Shown: positions 24,695-36,780 of the stretch, one piece after another
Numbering within the stretch: the first letter of the stretch is position 1
Layout of the letters: every line of letters begins with the position of its first letter
NCBI RefSeq assembly: GCF_036321535.1
Contig: NC_087436.1
Coordinates: 109,556,001 to 109,620,000 of the forward strand
Source: Camelus dromedarius
Lineage: Eukaryota
Length of the DNA: 64,000 nt
Direction: 5' to 3'
Made by a program: the position numbers and the translations under genes
The notes under the pieces: generated by a model
Databases searched by the model: none
What the model saw: only the letters and a program-made list of their open reading frames with translations
Told to the model about the DNA's origin: nothing

Positions 24695-26049
24695 GCAAGT
24701 TACTGAACTTCTCTCTGTCTCCATCTCTTTACCTGAGGATGGATTTGTTTGCACTGGCCAGCAAGTAGGAAATAAGGCATGTATTTTCCCTCCCCCTCTA
24801 GCCACTGACTCGTTAAGAAGATTAGAGTATTGGTCTAAATGAAGCACTTGGCACAGCACAGCGTGACTTGAGACAGGTTACTTCTTTCTCATCATCTCAG
24901 TTTCGTGTAGACTTTATTACCCTTGCCTTTAACCTTGTTCCACCTGCTGTTGGGGGTGACATTCTGAAGAGCAGGAAACTTAATATCTTTGATATTTACC
25001 CTGTGCTATCCATGAGAAAAAAATAAAGGTGAGTGTTAAAGTACTCTGGTTTGAGGGTCTGGAGTCTTGTGTCTGCCCTGTCAACTCCATGACCTCAGCA
25101 AAGGCCTTTAACTCCTCTCAGTTTCCCGCCTTGTTCACGGAGAAGCTTGTGCGGGCCAGTCTCTGAAGACCCTTCCATCTTGAAAGCTGACTCTAACATT
25201 CCTAATTAAAAAACATGTGATACTCTGGTTCTGTGATTGAAGTGATAAGCTTTAGCGTAAGGTAGGTCTTCATAAATTGTGGGAAGGGTAACATTTCCTC
25301 CAACATTTTGTGTTCGCATCTTCCCATGATCACTTTGAGGAGTTGGTCCATGATTTTCTGGAATTTGGCATTGATTCCTGATCTGCGGGAGTCTATCAGC
25401 TTCTGCCACCTTTCAGCTACCCTCCAGCAAAATATCTTGGGAGGACACAACTGTTTAGAGCAGCAATAAGCACTGGAACTCAAGTGTATTACTCACTTCA
25501 TAAGTGACATCTTCAGAACTGGGTCCAGCATTCTCATCTTCTGAGTTTCAGCTCTGGGCTTCTTAATTCCTTGTGCTTGATTCTCTCCAGGGGAGTTTTA
25601 TAATGAGCAATTTATCTCATTCATTTAGACATTTACTGCCTTTCAAGGTTTCCAGGATGAAGCTAGGTAGGGATGGAGTTAGGTTACTGATTTTATCTGC
25701 ACTAATGTGTAGGGCTGGGAAATGGTACTGACTCACCACCAGCCTTCTTATCTTCTAAGCTAAAGTTAGGCCTTTGGTGGAGATTCTCCAAACCTTTTAT
25801 GTTTCCCAAAGGAGTACAAAGGATAATAACTTAAAAGGGAATATGGAATAACATTCCAGATATATAATCTGTCTATGATACTCCTCAGATTAAACTGATC
25901 TTAATAATAGAAGTATAAATTTGAAAGTCTTTATTTAGCATGACAGATAAGCAATAAATGATTTGAATTCTAACTTCTCAGCCTAAGTTTTCTATTATTT
26001 CCTGTATGCATCTTTAATTGTGGCTACAATTACATTCCCATAATGTGTC

Positions 26050-26435
26050 ATTCCCTTGCCTGTCCCCACGACTTGAGCATATTGTCCCTTCTGCCTGGAA
26101 TTTCATATTTTGCTTCAAGTGTCTAATAAAATTCTACTCACTCTCAAAGACCTAACCCCCAGATTTATTACGTCTAGCCTTTTCTGTTTAACTCAAATAG
26201 AGGTCACTTCAATTATTTACAGCTTAGGGTACCCAAAGTTTACCTCTATTATAACATTTCCCACATTGTAATAAAATGATTTTTTGTTTGTTTTTTTACC
26301 CTCCTTAATTGTAAGACCATTGAAGGCAGAATTCATGTCTTATTCAGCTTTGTAATTCTCAAAGTATTTAGGCCAATACATAGAACAGGGTAGGATTTCC
26401 CCAAATATGTGTTGAAAGAATGGTGGATGGATGAA
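26050..26435 (+). mobile_element. L2 3' fragment
   Basis: ttctgcctggaa...tgtaagaccattgaaggcag...aaatatgtgttgaaagaatgg. Confidence 0.7.
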
Positions 26436-27249
26436 GTACAGACAGAACCAGATATACAAAGGAGATCAGAGTCACAAAATGATGTCTCTTGTCTTCAGAC
26501 CTAAGAAACACTCTTTTCTCCTCCCCCTCCTCAAACCCCAGTTCTTGCAAAACTTTACAGATCGCAGGCTGTTCTTAGGACTTCTTTTGGAAGGCTTGGT
26601 TTGTATTCACTGATATATGCTAATCTGAAGAGTTAATATATAGACATACTACTGACTGGATATTATCATTAGATTCTTATGTTAGAGAAAAATAGTCTAT
26701 ATTACATATAATGGCTTAAGAATGTCATAAAATAACTGGATAATAGCTTTGGAGTTGGATTACTCGAGTTTACTGGCAAGTTAAATTAAGCAACATTCAG
26801 AATGGAGCTGGTTTTAGAAGATGTTGCTGCCAAAGATTCCTCTATAGCCCAGTACTTTCTGACACTTGATGATTATAGAGGATTTCTTTCAGTGGTAAAA
26901 TGATGAAATCTGTACCAAAGCATTTTTTAGGGGATGCACTGGAGAGAGAGCATAGAAGAGAGGATGCTTTATGGGCAGGGCGGTTGGGATTTATTTAGCA
27001 TGATTCCCTGTTAGAAATGCAGAGGAAGAAATGGGAGGGGAACCATTCACAGACAGGAGCGACCATTTAAAAATATGAGTTTACCCTCCAGCAATTGTAC
27101 CATGCCAAGGTTCAAGTCAAGTTCGTGGAAATCTTGTTTCATCAGAAATAAGTTGGAAATCTTGGTTGTTATGGGTTCTGGGGTTTTATAACCACAGAAT
27201 AACAATTTAAAACCAATGGAATTGATCTCAGTATGTGTTGGCTACATTG

Positions 27250-27620
27250 AACTGGCTGTATTCATTCACACATGGCAAGAATTTGTTGAGCACTCTACCT
27301 TGTGTTTGGTATTAGAAATGTATAATGATATAAAGATATTCTCAAATGTTTTACAGTTTACTTGGGAAAACAGCCATAGTCACAGAAAACACAGCACAAT
27401 GTGGCTCATGTTATTAAGAGGTAAGAGTGGATGATTATTGGAGAAGAGATGGAGGGTGTGATTATTTCTCTCTGGCTGCTTCAGGAAGGGCCAGAGAAGG
27501 TAATACATCCTTTGATATTTTTAAGGGAGCTCTGAAGGATGAATAAGAAAATACAGGAAGGACATTCCTAGGAAAAGGAAGGAATATACATGAAGCGGTA
27601 GAGGCTGGAAATTGCGTGTG
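27250..27620 (-). mobile_element. L2 fragment
   Basis: ttcattca...atttgttgagcact...acattcctaggaaaagg. Confidence 0.55.
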
Positions 27621-27874
27621 CCTTACCCCTCTCTGAGGATCACCGCATTTATGTTCATGGTGGTTATGATTCAATGCATCAACTTGAAAGCGGCTTAAAA
27701 TCTTCCTCCTGTTGTATTAGGACATTCAGAACTCTGTTTCTTCAGAGAGGGAATAGCTAACAGGATGACTCTTGAAAAAGAAAACACAGAAACTAGCTTC
27801 AGGTTAGAGTCATAGCATCAGGCAGTCATTCCTGTGTTAAACTGAGAAAACAAGAAGCCTATTAGTTATAAGAA

Positions 27875-27983
27875 GAGAGACCATGCAATTACTTCCAAAC
27901 CAGGACATTTATTAGAAAAAAAGGGGGACTTATTAATAATTGCACCAGAACCATGGGTATAAACTGGGACAGGCTCAGACAAG
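27875..27983. mobile_element. MER81-like hAT-Blackjack MITE
   Basis: gaccat...ccaaaccaggaca...ttattaataatt...taaactgggaca. Confidence 0.6.
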
Positions 27984-28909
27984 CTAGGTGTCTGATCATA
28001 CTAGTCACAAAGCAACAGAAGAAAGAAGGAAGAATTTCTGGACCAATCATAATAACTTGAACATTAGGAAGGGGGTGAAGACCATCTTATCCTGGGGATA
28101 ACTTAACATCAGTTAAGATTGGGCATCAGTTTCTCATTGAATTGGAACTACACACTAAAATTAGAATCACAATGTTTGTCCTTTACGATTTTTTGCAAAT
28201 ACGTAGGAAAAAAATCTCATTTTGCTTCACTTAATGATTGATATTATGATTATAATTATTATTGATAAATTATTATATCATCTTCATAAGATGCTATGGA
28301 AAAGGACTTGGCAAAGCATTTCAACATAGCTGTGTAGAAGGCTGTCAGTGACGCTCATAACTGGGATACTGTGGGATGAGGGATGCACTCAGACTCAGTC
28401 CGCTCTCCCTGAGCCTCGCACAGCAATGGAAAAGTGTAAGAGACATGCATATGTAAGAAGCACATGAAACCGCATAGCTTGTAAAAATCTGTAACGGTGA
28501 GAGCGACTACCTTTTGCAGTGAGAGCGACTTCCAAAAAATTCATTAGGGCAGCAAGCTTAAGCTTTTCCAAACTTTCCCATTACCTGGGAACTATACTCA
28601 TTTCCAGCTTACTAACAGTAACAAAGCTTCACCAAACTACGGAGCAACAGTAACTTATGCACTGCTGATAAAAGTGTATATTTTACAAGTTATTTCTAAA
28701 GCTAAATATAATTATACTCCTATTTTATCTCATCATTTTTCCCCAACTTAGTTATGTTTTGACTAATTGGCAGTCATTATACATAGTCAGCGGACAACAG
28801 GCTGAAGAATGGAAAGGTGAGGGTTTTCATAGAGACCCTTTTCTTCTCAGAGAGGAAAAACATATGACCTGGGTTTGGCAAGCAACTTTCTTTCTTCTTT
28901 AAAATAAAT

Positions 28910-29150
28910 CTGATATAAATATTTATGTGCAGGCTTTTGTGTGACTATAAGCTTTCACTTCCTTTGAGTAAATATCAAGGAGTGTAACTGATGACCCTAA
29001 GGTAAGAGTATGTCTACTTTTGTAACAAACCGCCAAACTGACTTCCAAAGTGGGGGTACCATTTTGAATTCCCACAAGCAGTAAATGAGAATTCCTGTTG
29101 CTCTACATCCTCACCGGTATTTGGTATTGTCAGTGTTCTGGATTTTCTCT
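28910..29150 (-). mobile_element. Old L1M 3' fragment
   Basis: gccaaactg..ttccaaagtg...atgagaattcctgttgctctacatcctcacc. Confidence 0.75.
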
Positions 29151-29279
29151 GCCTTTATATTTTTTTCATGGAGAATCCTGGGTCATTTGCCCTGTAGAAT
29201 TTCCTGTATACTCGATTTGGTATCTGGCACCAGGTGGCATCTGAAAAGTGTTTCTTTATCCTCCTAACTTACTACAAAA

Positions 29280-30943
29280 TGTGTACATATATACACATCA
29301 CATCTTTACCCATTCATCTGTTGAGGGACACTTGGGTTGCTTCAGTAACTTAGCTTATTGTAAACAGTGCAGCTATGAACACTGGGGAGCATGTATCTTT
29401 TTGAATTAGTGTTTTTGTTTTTCCCAGCTGTATGTCCAGAAGTGGAATTGCTGGATCATATGGTAGTTCTGTTACTAGTTTTTTAAGGAAACTCCATACC
29501 CTACCAATTGACAGTTCCCCTCGCAGTGTACAAGATTTCCTTTTTCTTCACATCCTAGTCAATATTTGTTTTTTGTAGACTTTTTGATGACAGCCCTTCT
29601 GACAGGTGTAAGATGATATCTCATTCTCATTTTGATTTGTATTTCTCTAATAATTAGCAATGGTGAGCATCTTCTCACGTGTCGGTTAGCAATCTGTAGG
29701 TCTTTTTTGCAAACATGTCCATACAGAACTTCTGCACCTTTTTTGATTGGGTTGTTTGTTTGTTTTGGTACTGAGTTTTATGAGCTGTTTTTATATTCTG
29801 ACTATTAACTCCTTGTCAGCCATATCATTTGCACATATTTTCTCCCACCCTGTAGGTTATCTTTTCATTGTGTTGATGGTTTCCTTTGCCGTGCAAAAGA
29901 TTTTAAGTTTAATTAGGTAACATTTGTTAAGTTTTTGCTTTTATTTCTTTAGTCTTAGAAGACAGATTTAAAAAATATTGCTATGATTTATATTCTCTTC
30001 TAGGAATTTTATGGTTTCAAGTCTTGCACTTAGGTTTTTAAATCATTTTGAGTTTATTTTTGTATGTGATATGAGGAAATGTTCTAATCTCACTTTTTTT
30101 TTTATGTAGCTGTCCTGTTTTCCCAGCACCACTTGTTAAAGAGACTATATTTTCTTACTGTATGTTCTTGCTTTCTTTGTTGTAGATTAATTAACCATAG
30201 GTGTGTGGGTTTATGTCTGGGCTTTCTACTCTGTTCCATTGATCGTTGTCTGCTCTGTGCCAGTACCATGCTGTTTTGATCAGTGTAGTTTTGTACTATC
30301 GTCTGAAGTCAGGGAGGGTGATACCTCCAGTTTTGTTCTTTTTTCTCAAGATTGCCTTGGCAATTCAAGTTCTTTTATGGTTCTATATGAATTTTAGTAT
30401 TATTTGTACTATTTCTGTGAAAATGTCATGTGTATGTTGATATAGGTTGCATTAAATTTATAGATTGTTTTGGGGGATGTGGCCATTTTAGCAATATTAA
30501 TGTTTTCAACCAAAGAGCATGGGATATCTTCCCATTTCTTTGTATCATCTTTAGTTTCCTTCATTAATGTTTCATAGTTTTCAGAGTATAGGTTGTTCAC
30601 CTCCTTGGTTAAGCTTATTCTTAGATATTTTACCACTTTGATGCAATTTTGAATATGATTTTTTTTCTTATTTTCCTTTTCTGATAATTCATTATGATGT
30701 AGAGAAAAGCACCAGATTTCTCTATAGTAATTGTGTATCCTGCAACTTTGCTGAATTCATTTATTAGCTTTAATACTTCTGGGGTAGAGATTTCAATGTT
30801 TTCTTATAAAATATCACACCATCTGAAAATCATTTTATTTCTTCCCTTCCAATTTGGAAGTCTTTTATTTCTTTTTCTTGTCTGACTGCTGTGGCTAGAA
30901 GTTCCAATATTATGTTAAATAGAAGTGGTGGAAATGGACATCC
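29280..30943 (-). mobile_element. Degenerate L1 ORF2 fragment (RT to C-terminus)
   Basis: Colinear with ~17140-18820 of the young L1; ORF 30409-30636 (KYL..LTKEV..LYSENY..WEDIPCS). Confidence 0.92.
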
Positions 30944-32409
30944 CTGGGACTGGGTCTCCTCTGTGTGCTGGGGTCAAGTCAAGTCTTCTCCCCGGTTGTA
31001 GGTGCCCCAGTTCCAGTGCTGCACTGAGATGTGGAGTGAGCATGGCCAGAGTGTTCTCTGAGCTTGTGAGCAGACTGATTCACCAATAAGGTGGTGCCAT
31101 ATCTGAAATTGTGAGTTAGTAACTATCTTGTCACATTGGGACATCTGTGATGATAGTAGCCACTATAGCCACAATGTAGGAGAGTCTCTATCTTCAAATG
31201 TATTCTCCAAGACCACTGTGGTCATATGAGCATATGGAGAAAGAAAGGTGCTAATTTCCATAGCAAGGGGTCGCTCTCTCCCTGATTATTAGAAGAGTTT
31301 TGGTGTGTATTCTGCCTTTGGGCCCAAGCAACCCTCTGGTTTGGTTTATGGGTTGATCCTGGTGGATGAACTTGCTTTGGAATTGATTTACATCCTGAGA
31401 TACAGCCAACACTTCCTCTCACTAATGCTGACATTGAAGTGTGTTATTTAGAAGTGTCCCACAAAGGACCTTCCTTCTCAATTGCCAATGCAGTGTTTAA
31501 GGCTTGAGTCTTGTTAGTGCTGGCTAATTTCCTCAACAGCCACAGGAACCAACTGCTAGATGCCATTGTAGGAGACTGAGGAACACTGTGGGTAAAGGAA
31601 TTCAAGGAGATTTTAAACACACTGGCCTTCAAGTCCACATACTCATGCATGCAACCTTATCCTATTCAAGTCTGTCCTGGCGCTGCTCTGGTATGCCCAA
31701 ATTTTTAGAAATGGGATGATCATAAAGATCTTGGGTATATTTGTTATTTGAAGAAGATAAATTATTATATTTCCCCCTTTTTAGTTGCTTCTCTTAGAAT
31801 CAGAGATACTCCTACAACGTCATGTTCTCAAATGGTGTTCCCCCATAGATGAGAAATACTCTGGACTCAAAATAGTGAGAAGATGCTGGGGAAATAAAGG
31901 CAAATGAGATTCTCTACCGAGGGACTCTCAGAGCCACTACGTGCTGATGGGCATTGTAAACCTTCTGGAGACAGGCATGGCATGTCGTAGTTCCCCAAAT
32001 TAGACTAGGACTGGGAAGTGTCACCATTGAGGGTAATGGATCAGGTCTTGTTGTCAAGTTTTGAACTTTTGCAGCTGTATTAGCTGCAGAAGCTGGCCAA
32101 TTTGAAGTCCTTTGTGGGGTACATTCCTTTTCCATAAAGCTTTTCCTGACCTGTACTCTTGTCAACCCTTCTTCCCCATCATTTCCAAACAGAATGTCTT
32201 TTCTTCTCATCAAACTATCATTTGATGATTACTCATCTCTCATTTATCACTTAAATTCAGCTTCATAGATAGTGGCTTGCATGCACATTACCCTATCTAA
32301 GTTGCAAATTTCTTTGCTAATAGACCTAATAATTTAATAATAGAATAGAATAGAATAAAACTAATAGACTAATAATTTATGGACCAGGTATTCTTTATCT
32401 TTGTTCCTC

Positions 32410-32740
32410 AGTGTGGAGTTTACAAAGTAACAGGCTTTGGGTCATATCCAGCCCTTACACAGGTTTTGTTGGCCTGAAGAGTATTATAGAAATAATAAAT
32501 CATTTTTTAATTAGTTGACAATATCAAAATTTCAAGATTTTTTTAGTTTTGCCTGAAAAACTAGGAAGATCCAGCAGATAGGGGTTGGCATTCCTGCCAG
32601 GCAAAATTGGCAGATGCTGAATAGTGAATATCTTCGTTCAATACGGCATGCCCTGTAATGTACATCAGGTTTGCACCTGGTCTGCTTCTTAAATCTGCTG
32701 CCTGTTCTCCACTTGAATGTATTTGAGTGGACAACCCTCG
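32410..32740. mobile_element. MER102-like hAT element
   Basis: atccagcc...tttgttggcc...gaaaaactaggaagatccagca...tatttgagt..caaccct. Confidence 0.6.
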
Positions 32741-32814
32741 TTCTTGGGTCTAGCTTAGCAAAGAAATATAACAGACTCTAATAAATAAGAGTTAACTTGT
32801 TTAAAAAAATTGAA

Positions 32815-33240
32815 GTGTCTCTTGGATTAGGTTCTCCCAGAAGCAGACCCACAGGCTAGGATTAAAATTCAGAATTTCTTTGAGATATGAAGGAAATACC
32901 TGAAAAAAGTGGTGCTTTTGGTCAGACACCACTTGTAGGTAGGTTGATGCTTCTGGGAAATTCTGGAAGTAGTGGAAATTATACATCTTAGAGTTTTCCT
33001 AATTGAGGGGTGAGAGAGCTGGGATATTTATATACCAACTCCTGTCAGTCAGACCCTGGGGGATGTAATTTTTCAACATATTTATTCTGCAACCCACAAA
33101 GACAGAACAAGATCTCCGAGATGCTGGGAAAACCCTCAGTATAGAGATGCTGATTTAGCATCTGGCAATCAGACAGAACAAGCTGGAATGGTGATATTCT
33201 TAGAACATTAGCAGGGCACTGACAATGTCTCCTACAAAGT
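32815..33240 (-). mobile_element. ERVL LTR (LTR33/LTR16-like)
   Basis: taggttctcccagaagcagacc...gagagagctgggatatttatataccaactcc. Confidence 0.6.
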
Positions 33241-35859
33241 GAACTGAACTGATTGGAAGATGAAAGGAAGGAAAAATTGAACATCTCTGTTAGCTGTTGG
33301 TAAAATTATTTCAACTCATAAACACATGGTTAATAATTGCTCTTGTTCTGCATGCTTGTCATCTTCTTGATATAAATTACAGTATAAAGTTATAAAGTTT
33401 GGGAACTGTAAAAAGTATTTTATTTACATATAACTATCATTCTGAAAATGGCCACAAAGCCTAAAATTGAAGTTTCATGTCTGCATGAAGTTTTCTCTAT
33501 TTTTAATGTCTACAATGGACATAAATTTTCTTAAATCTTAAAACCTGCCAATTACTATGAAAAAAAGCAAACAAAAAATGCTACATGGTTGGGAAAACTT
33601 TTTCTCCTTTGCTATCTAGAGAGACTCCTAAGTAAGGAGGCTGTTCCCTTTGTATCTTTGTTTTCCTTCTAGACTTCCAAAAGTTCATTTTAACCTGGTC
33701 ACATGAGGATGGCAATGCCCATGGCAGACCAATCCACAGGGTGACAGGAGCCTTGAGCACATTCCAAGATGTCCTTGTCCAGAACTTACATGGGAAAGCA
33801 AGAAAATCGTTGTCCTTATTGACGTTAATATACTTGCAAATTCATTCAATATCTGCAAGTAAAATTTATTTACTATTGAAAAGTGTTCTCAGTTAAAAGG
33901 AAAGCCATTCAAGATCAACAACGTGTATTCCACTGGTAAAGTGATGTCTGTGTCTCATTCTGTTGACTGAAATATGTTCCTTTCATAAGCAATCATATAA
34001 AATTCAAGATAGCTACTTTTGCTTTCAGAGAAGAGAGAGAAATAATAAAATTGAGCGCCCCTAGAAATTCAGAAAAAGCAGGAAGGTTCATTTTCCTTCC
34101 CTTTCAAGTGGGAATACAGTTAACTTCTGGCAACTTTCCTGATTTTTTTGTGTGTGTCTTTGTTTCTATGAAGCTATCTGAAGTCACTCTGGGACTGTGA
34201 ATCTTCTAAGCTTCTAGAAGCAAGATTTGGGTGCAGTTTTTTTGTTAAAAAAAGAAAAGAAAATGCTTTTTTCCCCCTTTTGTTTTCTAAAGAGTATTGA
34301 TTTCCCTTAGGAAGTAACAGAATATCTCTAGCCAAGCCCGATTTGGATTTCATGCAGTACTAAAACTCAGGAGACTAACTGCAACTTGTTTTCTCTTGAA
34401 TTTTTATTTATTTGTGTGCTGTGCTTCACTGAAATTGTTTGAAACCAACTTATAATTGCTACTAGAAGGCAAGATGATGTTCAAGATTTGCTTTTCTTTT
34501 TGTTTATTTCTGGATGAACTGTCTTCTAACTGTCTTCTAAGAATCAGGATAATTCCATGATCTTCATACTTTTCTATGAGGAAAATACTATCTTATTAGC
34601 TTAAAATATGTTTATCTCCATTTTATTATGTTTAAAATAGAAAGTATTAAACTAGTTTTCTCCTGTTCTAGTTTAATTTGGGGATTGGGGATTTAATGTA
34701 GAGGACAAGTATGTTACATACAGTAACGGGAGAGAGATGGTCCAACCAATGTGAAATTAAAGTTGCCATCTTTTTAAAGTTTAATTACCATATAAACAGA
34801 ATATCAAACCTTAATATTATTGTATAATCTGATGAGTAGCATTATATTTTACTGACATAAAAACATTTAAAATGTTTACATTAAAACAGATCAAATTTGG
34901 TTATTATGATACACACCCACTGTACATTTTTCTCAGACATCCAAGCATACATCTGTTTTGAAATGAGAACATTATCAGAAAAGTAAGTGCTTTCTTCAGG
35001 GTTTGTGGTTTGTGTATATATTCCTTCTAAATAAGACCTAAGCAGTGCCAAAGCCTGGGGTTGCTTATTAATATTTAGAACATAAGCACTTCAAATTGAC
35101 TTGAAAGTGATGAAAGAAACAGATGTTTTGCTTGAAGTATGTATGTTTCGTGCATACCTGTCAGCGTGTTCCAAGAAGGCAGCTCTCAGAAATTGGAGGA
35201 GAAAAACTATACCCTTCACTCACTTCTCCTTTCAAAACAAAGCAAACCAAGTCAATAAAAACCAACTGTTCAATATAGTTTGGCTCTCTTAATAAAGATA
35301 TAAATTGCTAGGATTGGTGGATTACAAGTTTGAAGCAAAACATATAATTTTTTTTTCAGTATGCTGGATCTCCAGCTCCATTTCCTTTATTGTCTCATAA
35401 AATGTTAGGGCTCTGATATAAACATAATAAGTACCTGAATAACTTATTCTTTCTCAATGGTATAATCTTAGAGAAATAATAAATATAGGAATAATGATAG
35501 TCTTGTGGTTCTTAATCATCTTAACGTCATAGGACTTTAGAAATTGTTATTTAAAAAACATCTATGGGACTTTTCTCTATAAAAATGAACAACAAATTCC
35601 ATACAAAATTCAAGAAGGTCATGAACTTCAATCATTTCAACTCTAGACTCTAAGGATCTATAGGCCTTGTGTAAAGAACTTCTTATGTAGTTCAGGTTTA
35701 TATAAATAAAATATCACCATCTATTCTGAAAAATCTTAAGCAACTTGCTAATTTTGAGATGATTCATTATTACTTAGATAATCATCATCTTCCTTATTCA
35801 GACCTATGGTGGAGCATGATGTGATGATTATTATGTAAGTGCTTGGTAAGTATAAATGG

Positions 35860-36780
35860 GTTCATTCATTGGCCAAATATTTATTAAGCATTGGCTAGGT
35901 GCCAAGTGTTGTTCAATGGCCTGAAGGTGCCAAGGTGAAGAAAAAGAAGATATAGGAGAAAGGACACGTGCTAGATATGGGTCTGTATCTTGGATTTATC
36001 TTACTAGTTAGTTCTTATCATTTTATATATATTTACATAATTCATGTATAAATTAATTTTCATATATTTATATATTTTAACATATACATTATATAAGATA
36101 TAATACATATTTTTTATAGTTGTGTTTTAATGTATATTTGTTTACATATAGATGCTATATAATTATATAAATTCATACATTTTTATATACATTTATATAA
36201 AAAACATAGGAAGGAAACTATGACAAAGGAGTTACTGTTGTACTTGATATACATTTGGTGCTTGATTAATATTTGATTCTGTCCTCTTTTTGTACTCCTA
36301 ATGTAATCCAATAACTAACGAGATAAACACACTTGGAGATAAAAAATTACAGTGTGGTAAGTGCTGGCAGACAGGAATGGACATAACAAGCACAAAGAAG
36401 GGAATGCCTAATTCTGTCTTGGGGAATTGATGAGACTTTCATAGGAGAAGCTTTTTGAGCTAAGATGCAAATCTAAGAGCATTTCTTAAATTGAAGAAGA
36501 ATGGAAAAAGACCTTTGGGGCACAGGAAACAAAATTAAAATGTGTAAAATTATAGAATTCAGTGAAAATCAAAATGTTCATGCAGCTGGATAGAAAGAAT
36601 GAGGATTAGGGTGGTATTTATGATGGTAGAAGAGACAATGCTAAAATCAAAGTTTGGTACAGCTATGAAGGGTCAAGTATGTCACATTAGGGGCTTTTTG
36701 TCGTGTTCTTTAGGGACATGAAAGCCATTAAATGTCTTCCAACAGGAATAGAATATGCATTTGCACTACAGTGGGAATAA
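35860..36780 (-). mobile_element. L2 fragments interrupted by AT-rich low-complexity DNA (~36020-36200)
   Basis: ttcattcattggccaaatatttattaagc...aagccattaaatgtctt. Confidence 0.6.

Noticed and set aside
25202..25483. Two overlapping minus-strand ORFs in unique-looking DNA
   Set aside because: No recognisable homology or convincing splice-site pair
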